Source of the DNA: a virus | Taxonomy: Duplodnaviria > Caudoviricetes | DNA: 36,740 bases | IMG/VR virus record: IMGVR_UViG_3300042868_014222 | Span: 1-36,740 of that record | Strand: one strand, 5' to 3' | In this document: positions 1 to 7,623 of the stretch, in pieces | Layout of the letters: each line of letters starts with the position of its first letter | Numbering within the stretch: position 1 is the first letter of the stretch | Made by a program: the position numbers and the translations under genes | Notes under the pieces: model-generated | The model's input: the letters and a program-made list of their open reading frames with translations, nothing else | What the model was told of the DNA's origin: nothing | Database searches by the model: none

Positions 1-1029
1 ATGGCACTAAAGAAACAAAGGGCAAAGCGCCTCTCTCCCCGTTTCTACGCATCGCGCAAGCTCTGGGTCGTAGACCTCCCCGCCGACATGAACGAGGGAA
101 ACAGGGGCAGAAAGTTCTTTGAGACCCAAGATGATGCCTTCCGCTGGATAGGGCAACGCAGCCTCAAGCACCGGCTTGGGGTGGCGACAAAGGCAATCTC
201 CCAGAGCAGATCCAGCAACAAGATTCCGGGTCTTGTGAGTCTTTACCTTGCAGAGATGGAGTCAGAGGGGCTTGCTGCTGACGGGATCAAGCAGGCCAAG
301 ACTTGCCTTGGTCGTTTTGCAGATACCTTTGGGAGCGTATCCCCAAGGGATATATCCGCCGAGGAGATAGAGACATGGTTCAACTCCCTCCCCTATTCTA
401 CCCGCACCATCTGGAATCACTACTCGCAGGCGAGGCAGTTCTACAACTGGAAGGGGCTGCGGCAGATTGTGCCGGTTTCACCCTTCTTGGATGTCGAGGC
501 ACCAGACAAGACCGATACGGATGCCCGTAAAGCGATCCTAACGCCCGACCAGATGCGCGAACTCCTCAAGCTGAAGGTTGAGCCTTGGATCAAATGCAAG
601 ATCGTTCTAGGGGGATTTGCCGGCCTTCGTGTGTGCGAGTTGGCAAGAATGAGTTACGACTGCATCGACGAGGAGTTCAACGAGATCAATGTTCGCAAGG
701 AGGAGGCCAAGGGAGGAAAGGCAATGCGCCCTCGGTCAATCACGCTACAGGATGCTGTGCTTCGCCACCTCCCCAAGGGAACCGGCTCCCTCATCGCGGA
801 GAGCAAGGAATGGAAATGCCATAGGGGAATGCCAGAGGAGGCCAAGCTAGGGGGAGATCGCTTTCCACAGAATGCCCTTCGCCACTCGTTTGCCAGTTAC
901 CACCTGGCCCATTTCCGCGACCAGAACAAGACTGCCTTTGAGATGGGGCATACCTCCCCTCGCCTACTCTACGAGACCTATGCCAATGCGGTCAGCAGGC
1001 GGGACGCCGCTGCTTGGTGGGCTTTATAG
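1..1029 (+). CDS. int: Tyrosine recombinase/integrase
   Basis: GLRVCEL (catalytic R), KGG, QNALRHSFASYH (N replaces H in HxxR), MGH, YETYA (catalytic Y). Confidence 0.95.
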   Translation: MALKKQRAKRLSPRFYASRKLWVVDLPADMNEGNRGRKFFETQDDAFRWIGQRSLKHRLGVATKAISQSRSSNKIPGLVSLYLAEMESEGLAADGIKQAKTCLGRFADTFGSVSPRDISAEEIETWFNSLPYSTRTIWNHYSQARQFYNWKGLRQIVPVSPFLDVEAPDKTDTDARKAILTPDQMRELLKLKVEPWIKCKIVLGGFAGLRVCELARMSYDCIDEEFNEINVRKEEAKGGKAMRPRSITLQDAVLRHLPKGTGSLIAESKEWKCHRGMPEEAKLGGDRFPQNALRHSFASYHLAHFRDQNKTAFEMGHTSPRLLYETYANAVSRRDAAAWWAL

Positions 1030-1041
1030 GGACGGGTTTTA

Positions 1042-1054
1042 CCCCCCCCCCCCC
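1042..1054. repeat. C13 homopolymer tract
   Basis: 13 consecutive C between the convergent int and repressor 3' ends. Confidence 0.95.
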
Positions 1055-1139
1055 ACTTTGTCTGACATTTCAATAGAGGGAACTGATAGGTGCATATCCG
1101 TTAACGGAGCAAGTAGTTGTGTCCCGCAAGGAAAGAGTC

Positions 1140-1367
1140 TTAACCATTTGCAACTCTCTTCTGCGGGACTTTCGTGGGGTTTGTTGGGGGCGACCCATGC
1201 CTCTGGTTGTGGCGTTCAGATAAACCCCCATCAATCATTGCCTGTTCTAAAATCTCTCGGACTACTTGGGCAGGCTTGACGTTACCAAGGCGTGACGCAG
1301 CTACGACCTTGATGCGGTCGTAGACCTCATCTGACACCCTGACGTTGACTGCTTTTTCCATGCTCAC
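1140..1367 (-). CDS. Ribbon-helix-helix DNA-binding protein, probable immunity repressor
   Basis: KAVNVRVSDEVYDRIKVVA...PAQVVREILEQAM is an Arc/CopG-like pattern; divergent from the xis-like gene. Confidence 0.75.
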   Translation of the reverse strand: MSMEKAVNVRVSDEVYDRIKVVAASRLGNVKPAQVVREILEQAMIDGGLSERHNQRHGSPPTNPTKVPQKRVANG

Positions 1368-1386
1368 AAAGGCACATTCGGTCGCA

Positions 1387-1476
1387 TTGTGTCTCGTTTC
1401 AAAGTTTTTTTAAGATTTTTTCATTTTTCATATTGACGCAACGTGCAGGAACGTGACACAACTCTGCGCGTCAATA
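1387..1476. promoter_or_regulatory. Divergent lysis/lysogeny control region with candidate operators
   Basis: TTGACG at 1433; 9-bp inverted repeat TATTGACGC (1431-1439)/GCGTCAATA (1468-1476); TTGTGTCNCG at 1387-1396 and reversed at 1452-1461. Confidence 0.6.
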
Positions 1477-1489
1477 AGCGAAACCACTA

Positions 1490-1672
1490 ATGAAGACTAA
1501 TCACAATACTTACCTTCGGCCTGCGGAAGCTGCCGAATACGCCCGTGTAAACCGCGCAACCATCTACCGTTGGATGGGCGCAAAGAAACTCAAGAGCTAC
1601 CTCGTCGGGGGAACCCGGCTTTTTAAGGCAAGCGACATTGACCAACTCATCGAAGCGGGAGCAACGGCATGA
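1490..1672 (+). CDS. xis: Excisionase-like HTH protein (HTH_17/Xis family)
   Basis: YLRPAEAAEYARVNRATIYRW...GGTRLFKASDIDQLI. Confidence 0.85.
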   Translation: MKTNHNTYLRPAEAAEYARVNRATIYRWMGAKKLKSYLVGGTRLFKASDIDQLIEAGATA

Positions 1673-1749
1673 CCAAGCTCGACCTCATCGCCGCCGGCGC
1701 CTTGTTCACGATGCTCGTCCTTTCACTTGCGGCAACCCGTTTCAAATGA
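1669..1749 (+). CDS. 26-aa hydrophobic peptide MTKLDLIAAGALFTMLVLSLAATRFK
   Basis: ATGA overlaps with both neighbours; single TM-like stretch; below the ORF-track size cutoff. Confidence 0.55.
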   Translation: MTKLDLIAAGALFTMLVLSLAATRFK

Positions 1750-1847
1750 TCCGCGCATTCTTCCAGCACGTTCGCTCTTGGTGGGCCGCGCAGTCTCCTG
1801 ACAAGCGCCCCTCCTACATGAAGCTCAATTCCTTTTTGCAGCGTTAG
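1746..1847 (+). CDS. 33-aa hypothetical peptide (MIRAFFQHVRSWW...)
   Basis: ATGA-coupled to the preceding peptide. Confidence 0.45.
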   Translation: MIRAFFQHVRSWWAAQSPDKRPSYMKLNSFLQR

Positions 1848-1893
1848 TCCGTTAGTCCAACCCAAACAAAACAAACCGAAAACATACCGAAAA

Positions 1894-2037
1894 ATGGAAA
1901 CACCATACTACATCACAGGAGCCTTCTGCCTATCTGGGCTTATCGGCTTCTTCCTTGGACGCATCACCGCAAGGGATGAGTACGAACCCTACAACGAGAG
2001 AGAGGCCATCGGACGGCAATCCGATGACCTCAAGTAG
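1894..2037 (+). CDS. 47-aa single-TM membrane peptide (METPYYITGAFCLSGLIGFFLGR...)
   Basis: A-rich leader, N-terminal TM helix, acidic tail; fills the gap before the RecT-like gene. Confidence 0.6.
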   Translation: METPYYITGAFCLSGLIGFFLGRITARDEYEPYNEREAIGRQSDDLK

Positions 2038-2070
2038 CACCCGGAGAACCTTCTAGAGAACCCCGAAGCT

Positions 2071-2904
2071 ATGAGTAACCAATCCCAGACGGCACTTGCC
2101 GTCAAGCAGTCAGAGGTCATCCCGTTCAGCGACATGGAGCGCATGGCAAGCGCGATTGCCAAGTCAGGTCTCTTTGGCCTTAAGTCACCAGATCAGGCAG
2201 TCGCCCTCATGCTGGTGGCCCAAAGCGAAGGCCGCCACCCTGCATCGGTCGCCGCAGAGTTTGACATCATCCAGGGTCGCCCTGCTCTCAAGAGTCAGGC
2301 GGCATTGGCAAGGTTCCAGACTGCCGGCGGAAAGATCCAATGGCTTGTCCGCAATGACCACGAATGCACGGCAGAGTTCAGCCACGCTGCCGGCGGCACC
2401 CTTCAAGTCTCTTGGACGATGGATCGCGCCCATGCTGCCGGTCTCACGGGCAAGCAGACATGGAAGCAGTATCCTACCGCCATGCTTTCCGCCAGAACGG
2501 TAGCAGAGGGCGTTAGGGCGGTATTCCCCGCCTGTCTGAATGGCGTTTATCTAGCCGAGGAGGTGCAGGACTTTGATTCCCGCCCCGTATCCACCGGCAA
2601 GTTCCAAGCAGTCAAGGCGGCACTCCCTCCAGTTGAGGAGAAGGTCATTGAAGGCGAGGTGCTTCAGGTCGTCGAGACTCCCAAGGTTGAGAAGGAAGAT
2701 CCTCTTGATGCCATCTACGAGCTTGCCGAAGCCGACAAGGTGACAGAGGAGCAGATCCTTGGATTCCTCAAGAGCAAGGACGCTATCCCTGCCGAAACGG
2801 AATACCTCGCGGACATCAAGCCGGCAATCCTTCGCAGGCTCAAGAAGTCATGGCCCCAGGTCATCGCCTTCGCAGTCGGAGCCAGCATGGAGGAGGCAGC
2901 ATGA
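2071..2904 (+). CDS. RecT/Red-beta-like single-strand annealing protein
   Basis: IIQGRPAL, WTMDRAHAAGL, WKQYPTAMLSARTVAEGVRAVFP, EEVQD motifs. Confidence 0.8.
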   Translation: MSNQSQTALAVKQSEVIPFSDMERMASAIAKSGLFGLKSPDQAVALMLVAQSEGRHPASVAAEFDIIQGRPALKSQAALARFQTAGGKIQWLVRNDHECTAEFSHAAGGTLQVSWTMDRAHAAGLTGKQTWKQYPTAMLSARTVAEGVRAVFPACLNGVYLAEEVQDFDSRPVSTGKFQAVKAALPPVEEKVIEGEVLQVVETPKVEKEDPLDAIYELAEADKVTEEQILGFLKSKDAIPAETEYLADIKPAILRRLKKSWPQVIAFAVGASMEEAA

Positions 2905-3914
2905 GCCGGCATCACCCCACCCTCTCGCCTTCGTCTCTGGACAAGAAGGCAGCTTGCCTGCACTTCACGGGCAAGCCTGTAGGCAAGGCCGCAAATCGTG
3001 GAACCGAACTTCACGAGAAGTTGGCTGACGCCTTCAATCGCCGCGAGACCCCTTCTGACCCCCTCCTCAAGAGGGCGGCAGACAGGGCGAGGAACTACAT
3101 CGCATCGGTGCAAGGCATTGAAGAGGAGGTGCAACTCCTCGACAACGACCTCAATCAGATCAGTTTCGGCACGGTTGACCTCTGGGGACACTCGCAGGAC
3201 GGGGGGCTAGTCCTTCTGGATTGGAAGTCGGGGGTGCAGTCACCCGATACCTACCTTCACCAGATGGCGTTTTATTCACTCGCCCTCATGGAGCAGGAGG
3301 ACGCCGACGAGTGTCAGGCAGTCATTGTCCCGATTGACAACGACGATGCCGAAGCATTCGCAACGAGTTTCACCCGTGAGAGTGCGGCAGAGTTGATCTA
3401 CCCGCTGATTGAGAGGATCAAGGGCATGGAGGAAGGCCCGAAGGAGAACCAGTTCTGCAACTGGTGCGCGAAGAGGAAGGAGTGTCCCATCTGGACGCTG
3501 CCTGCCGCTGAAGCGATCACTCCCGTCAGGGAGAAGCTCCTGTTCACGGAGTCGGATGCGCTTGAGAGGCCCGAAGCCTACATGGACGCCTTCAAGAAGT
3601 TGGAAGGCATCTTCGATAGTTGGGGCATCAAGGAGGCGCTGAAGGCAAAGCTAGAGGCCGGTATCGAAGTCCCCGGTTGGAAGTTGCAGATTCGCAAGGG
3701 AGTCGCATCTGTCAACGATGTCGAGGCAGTCCTACGCGAAGTGGTCGAACGGATTGGGTACGCCAAGGCGTCGAAGTTCGTGAGCATCAAGGCCGGTGAG
3801 ATGGTGAAAGCGTGGTCGGCCTACACTACGGGGCATCTCCCCGCCGGTGTCGAGGTCAGCGAAGGAGAAGGAACAACCGCGCTTGTGCAGGACAAGAAGG
3901 GAGGTGCCAAGTGA
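2901..3914 (+). CDS. Cas4-like PD-(D/E)XK exonuclease (DUF2800-like)
   Basis: LSPSS..C, GTELH, GTVDL, LLDWKSG, QMAFY, CNWC..RKECP Fe-S cysteines; start moved to ATG 2901 (SD plus ATGA overlap). Confidence 0.85.
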   Translation: MSRHHPTLSPSSLDKKAACLHFTGKPVGKAANRGTELHEKLADAFNRRETPSDPLLKRAADRARNYIASVQGIEEEVQLLDNDLNQISFGTVDLWGHSQDGGLVLLDWKSGVQSPDTYLHQMAFYSLALMEQEDADECQAVIVPIDNDDAEAFATSFTRESAAELIYPLIERIKGMEEGPKENQFCNWCAKRKECPIWTLPAAEAITPVREKLLFTESDALERPEAYMDAFKKLEGIFDSWGIKEALKAKLEAGIEVPGWKLQIRKGVASVNDVEAVLREVVERIGYAKASKFVSIKAGEMVKAWSAYTTGHLPAGVEVSEGEGTTALVQDKKGGAK

Positions 3915-4120
3915 TTGCAATCGAGAAAGGCATTCCAGCGCCAGTTGGGAAAAATCACAAATACCCTTGGGACAATATGGAAGTTGGGGATTCGTTTTTT
4001 GTTGAAGGCGCAACCACAACGCAGATGGCGGGTAACATTACCGCACAAAGACGCCGTCTTGGTTGGTCATTCTCACAACGCAAGCAAAACGGAGGAGTCC
4101 GTGTCTGGAGGGTCGCATGA
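3911..4120 (+). CDS. Small phage DNA-binding protein (IEKGIP..KYPW..MEVGDSF..GVRVWRV family)
   Basis: Recurrent phage motif; GTGA overlap start. Confidence 0.7.
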   Translation: MIAIEKGIPAPVGKNHKYPWDNMEVGDSFFVEGATTTQMAGNITAQRRRLGWSFSQRKQNGGVRVWRVA

Positions 4121-4326
4121 GCAACAGCAACCCTACGCAAGCCCAGGTGATCTTGGATCATCTCCTCTCTGGCAAGACTCTGACGGCGCTGGACGCACTT
4201 GAGCAGTACGGATGCTTCCGTTTGGCGGCAAGGGTGTTTGAGCTAAAAAAAATGGGGTACTCCGTGGCTGAAAGGAAGATCCAGTTCAGCAACGGCAAGA
4301 CGGCATCTCAATACTACCTAATATGA
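4117..4326 (+). CDS. Winged-helix DNA-binding protein
   Basis: TQAQVILDHLLSGKTLTALDALEQYGCFRLAARVFELK; ATGA start. Confidence 0.8.
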   Translation: MSNSNPTQAQVILDHLLSGKTLTALDALEQYGCFRLAARVFELKKMGYSVAERKIQFSNGKTASQYYLI

Positions 4327-4757
4327 GCTTCTTCTTTTTAGGAACAGAGTACGCCACCGAGCAAGAACTTCATGAGGCAAGGCTTGCCAGAAGGCGTGAA
4401 CTATACGCTCTAAACATTAACCAAAACAGAGACAGGGTGAGGCTATACACTCGCATGAGGTATTACCGTCACGCTGAAAAGTTAAATGCAAAACGCAAGG
4501 AATGGCACGAGGCCAACAGGGAGCGCGACATTGAGACAAGTCGCAGATGGCGAGAGAATAACATGGAATACAACCGTCAGCAGGCCCGTATAAGGAAGGC
4601 CAAAAACACATTAAAAAAGAAGATAATCGCTGGATTGGTAACTCCTATTCAGTCGGTTCAAAAGAAACTTAAAGCAACCAAAAAGGAGCAGGAAGCCTGT
4701 GACAACTTTTTTCTGCTAACAAACGCAGTCGCAATCATCAAAAAGCACACCAAATAA
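4323..4757 (+). CDS. Hypothetical Arg/Lys-rich helical protein
   Basis: ATGA-coupled ORF; A-rich coding; resembles the basic N-terminal part of HNH-associated proteins but has no HNH motif. Confidence 0.6.
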   Translation: MSFFFLGTEYATEQELHEARLARRRELYALNINQNRDRVRLYTRMRYYRHAEKLNAKRKEWHEANRERDIETSRRWRENNMEYNRQQARIRKAKNTLKKKIIAGLVTPIQSVQKKLKATKKEQEACDNFFLLTNAVAIIKKHTK

Positions 4758-4758
4758 T

Positions 4759-5319
4759 ATGACAACATTAGAATTACGCGCAGAGTTCAAACAACTCAAG
4801 TCCCTCCTTAATGAAGGATTGGATTCTTGGAAGAAGGCCGGGGAGCTTATCGCTAACTTAATAGACAGCAAGCAATACACTCTTGTTGAGATCGCTGATG
4901 CAGTAAATGTGTCGCCTCTGGTAATCGGAAAACTGGAGTCACTTGGGAGGAACCTTATCCACAGTTCCCTCATGATTGCCGCCTACCCTGCTTCCTCCCT
5001 GTTGTGGAAGTTGCCTTATTCAGAGCAAAAAGAGGCCGTTGAGTCAGGCGTCACCCTTCTGTTGGAGTCAGGAGACACCTTGATGGTAAAGGCTGAAAAT
5101 CTAACAAGAGACCAAGCAGTTCAAGTTATCGGATCTTCTTCACTCCGAGGCATTTCGGCGCAACGGGCATGGTTAGAGGACAGCAAGGGGAAGGCTTTAA
5201 AGCTCCAAAAGCCCCTTAATGCAATTTACCAGATCAAGGGTAACAACGTCATCATCTCCTCCCCTTGTAGGCTTACCCGCAAGGATCTTATGCGAATGCT
5301 AACCGAGTTGGAGGGGTAA
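4759..5319 (+). CDS. Hypothetical protein with possible HTH (YTLVEIADAVNVS)
   Basis: Tightly packed ORF in the early operon. Confidence 0.65.
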   Translation: MTTLELRAEFKQLKSLLNEGLDSWKKAGELIANLIDSKQYTLVEIADAVNVSPLVIGKLESLGRNLIHSSLMIAAYPASSLLWKLPYSEQKEAVESGVTLLLESGDTLMVKAENLTRDQAVQVIGSSSLRGISAQRAWLEDSKGKALKLQKPLNAIYQIKGNNVIISSPCRLTRKDLMRMLTELEG

Positions 5320-5360
5320 AATATGCGTTACTTCATCCGAACATTCCAACTGGAGGCAGC

Positions 5361-5576
5361 ATGAGCATGGAAGTAGGACGCATCAACTTCGGGCCGGCAG
5401 CGGTTCCGAGCTTTCCAGAGGATGACTTGAACAGGTTAAGACGCCTCTCGGATTACCTCCGAGACCTTGACACCGACCGCGCAGAGCTACAGGAAGCCCT
5501 CGACGGGGTTATCGCGGATAACGACGCCCTCCAAGCCGAGGTTATCAGGCTCAACCAACTCCTCAACGGGAAATAG
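5361..5576 (+). CDS. Hypothetical coiled-coil protein
   Basis: GGAGG SD; heptad pattern. Confidence 0.65.
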   Translation: MSMEVGRINFGPAAVPSFPEDDLNRLRRLSDYLRDLDTDRAELQEALDGVIADNDALQAEVIRLNQLLNGK

Positions 5577-5577
5577 T

Positions 5578-5889
5578 ATGCCTTCAAATATCAACAAGTT
5601 ACCCAAGGAGGAGCTAGAAAAACTCCGCACCCTCCGTGAGCGATCCCCGGATGAGTGGGTGGAGAGGCTAAACGCCCTCCCCGACTCTATCAGGGAGTTC
5701 GCCGCAAGGCTTGTCTGGTGGGACTACTTCGCACTCCGAACCGTAGGGGACAGATGGCCCCACCTGGACACCTACTTGAAATACACCACCGAGGAAGCCC
5801 CCTACGGGCCTCTCGTCGAGGCACTTGAAGAACTCGGATACCCAGAGAAGACAGCACTCACCCGCGCAGACAACCCCAGACCCAACTAA
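5578..5889 (+). CDS. Hypothetical protein
   Basis: ATG 5578 immediately after the previous stop. Confidence 0.65.
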   Translation: MPSNINKLPKEELEKLRTLRERSPDEWVERLNALPDSIREFAARLVWWDYFALRTVGDRWPHLDTYLKYTTEEAPYGPLVEALEELGYPEKTALTRADNPRPN

Positions 5890-5893
5890 AACC

Positions 5894-6196
5894 ATGAGCA
5901 ACGAAACAGATCCCCTATACCTCCGCAAGTGGAAGGAGGAAGGCATTAGATACCTCGGCAAAGAGGGAAATGGTCATATCGACCACCTCGATAGGTGGCA
6001 GCAGGCATACATCATCGGTCATGCCGATGGCGTGACTGAAGGCAAGCATGAGGCAATCGAGTTAGCGATTGGACTCCTCTACCACCAGTACCAGCACCTC
6101 AAGACCTTCCACAGCAAGGAGGATGATCGCTGCCTCATTCTGAAGAATGCGATCCTTGAGATCAGGGAAGCACAGGCACAGGAGATGGAAAAATGA
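5894..6196 (+). CDS. Hypothetical protein
   Basis: ATG 5894 after the previous stop; ATGA overlap with the next gene. Confidence 0.65.
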   Translation: MSNETDPLYLRKWKEEGIRYLGKEGNGHIDHLDRWQQAYIIGHADGVTEGKHEAIELAIGLLYHQYQHLKTFHSKEDDRCLILKNAILEIREAQAQEMEK

Positions 6197-6573
6197 CCAA
6201 CTCAAGAGCCAAAGGATGTCGAGGAGAACGGGAATGGCGTGACCAGTTACGGGAGGCCGGTTTCCTCAAGGCCCGTCGAGGGCAGCAGTTCTCTGGAGGC
6301 ACCGACTCCCCGGATGTCGTCTGTCCAGAGTTGCCAGATGTCCACTTTGAAGTGAAGCGAGTGGAGTCAGGAAACCCCTACAACTGGCATGACCAAGCCA
6401 AGTGTGACGCCGGCGCCAAGTACCCCGTTGTTGCCCACAAGCGCAATGGCAGGAGGTGGCTTGTCATCCTTGAAGCTGGACATTTCCTAGACATTTTGAG
6501 GAGGTCAGACCTTTGCGGGTCTAACGTCATTACCACGGTGGAAGATTACAAGAAGGCTATTGAGTCGATTTAA
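6193..6573 (+). CDS. Holliday junction resolvase (Hjc-like PD-(D/E)XK)
   Basis: NSRAKGCRGERE...SPDV...FEVKR...PVVAHKRNGRRW. Confidence 0.85.
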   Translation: MTNSRAKGCRGEREWRDQLREAGFLKARRGQQFSGGTDSPDVVCPELPDVHFEVKRVESGNPYNWHDQAKCDAGAKYPVVAHKRNGRRWLVILEAGHFLDILRRSDLCGSNVITTVEDYKKAIESI

Positions 6574-6580
6574 TATCCGC

Positions 6581-6609
6581 TTGACCAACTAACTTCACTA
6601 AACTAATTT
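6581..6609 (+). promoter_or_regulatory. Sigma70-like promoter for the replication operon
   Basis: TTGACC-N17-TAATTT, overlapped by ACTAAC-type repeats. Confidence 0.65.
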
Positions 6610-6617
6610 CAAACAAA

Positions 6618-6722
6618 CGGGAGTGAAAACCCGATTTACTACTATGATAACATTTTATCCCCGTCTTGGTTCCGCGCCCGTGGTAGGCAATTTTCACCGG
6701 AATTGAGGCGGGGATTTTTTTT
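6618..6722 (+). ncRNA. Structured leader/attenuator (P4 CI / P1 C4-like architecture)
   Basis: Hairpin 6618-6633; 18-bp stem 6657-6674/6698-6715 plus T-run; two internal segments complementary to upstream segments. Confidence 0.6.
6644..6706 (+). CDS. Putative 20-aa leader peptide MITFYPRLGSAPVVGNFHRN
   Basis: ATG..TGA lying across the 5' arm and loop of the terminator stem. Confidence 0.4.
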   Translation: MITFYPRLGSAPVVGNFHRN

Positions 6723-6728
6723 GATTAT

Positions 6729-6914
6729 ATGAACAAGAATGACTTATTAACCATCACTAGGGGCGATATGATTAAGCTCCTTGAATTGAAGGCGCTTCAG
6801 ACTAGGGCGGCGGAAAGCCTAAAGCACGACCCTGATAGAGATAAGATGGAGATCATCCAAAGGGCAATCCTGTCCATTCAACAGGACATCAACAAGATCC
6901 TCCCCGTCCTCTAG
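6729..6914 (+). CDS. Hypothetical protein
   Basis: First ORF after the attenuator. Confidence 0.65.
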   Translation: MNKNDLLTITRGDMIKLLELKALQTRAAESLKHDPDRDKMEIIQRAILSIQQDINKILPVL

Positions 6915-6915
6915 T

Positions 6916-7620
6916 ATGCCAAACAGGATTATCAGAGAAGGCATCCTTACCAGCGAGAAGTTTGAAAGACTCGGCTGGGCGGAGGAGATATTCTACCGGC
7001 GCATCATGTCGGTAGTCGATGACTACGGAAGGTACTACGCTAAACCGGCATTGCTACGGGCTGCTTGCTACCCGCTATTGTTGCAGAAAGTATCCGACTC
7101 GGACATTGAGAAGTGGCTCACCGCCTGCGTGAACTCGGCTCTTGTAAGGGTGTACCCGGCAAAGGACGGGAAGCGATACTTGGAAATCTTGGATTTTCGG
7201 CAGCAAGTGCGGTCAAATACCAGCAAGTTCCCAGCATATGATGAGCAGTTGCATAGCACGTGCATAGCAGATGCTACGCATATGATATCAAATGCTCACC
7301 TAGACGGAGACGTATCCGTATTCGTAGACGAAGACGATAAAAGGTCGCCATCGGGCGAGTCGTTTGAGCGATTCTGGTCTGCATACCCAAAAAAGGTTGG
7401 CAAGGCCAATGCCATCAAGGAGTGGAAGAAGGCTTCCCCAGACATCGAATCAGTCCTTCAATCCCTGTCCCGTCAGAAGGCATGGAGAGAAAACCCTGCG
7501 GAAGGCGAGTTCATCCCGGCATGGAAAGATCCCGAAAGGTGGATCAAGGCCGGTTGCTGGAATGACGAGGTGTCGGTTCCAGAGGAGCAGGACGAGTGGG
7601 CCGCATTCCCAAGGAGCTAA
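6916..7620 (+). CDS. Phage replication initiator protein
   Basis: MPNRIIREGILTS..DDYGR N-domain; C-terminal FERFWSAYPKKVGKANA..WKK..P.RW...W.DE; upstream of DnaB. Confidence 0.85.
   Translation: MPNRIIREGILTSEKFERLGWAEEIFYRRIMSVVDDYGRYYAKPALLRAACYPLLLQKVSDSDIEKWLTACVNSALVRVYPAKDGKRYLEILDFRQQVRSNTSKFPAYDEQLHSTCIADATHMISNAHLDGDVSVFVDEDDKRSPSGESFERFWSAYPKKVGKANAIKEWKKASPDIESVLQSLSRQKAWRENPAEGEFIPAWKDPERWIKAGCWNDEVSVPEEQDEWAAFPRS
7239..7300. repeat. 11-bp periodic iterons, probable origin of replication
   Basis: TGATGAGCA 7239, TGCATAGCA 7250 and 7261, TGCTACGCA 7272, TGATATCAA 7283 inside the initiator linker. Confidence 0.6.
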
Positions 7621-7623
7621 CCC

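Noticed and set aside
872-1279. 135-aa + strand ORF crossing the C13 tract
   Set aside because: Overlaps int out of frame and is antisense to the repressor; composition not protein-like.
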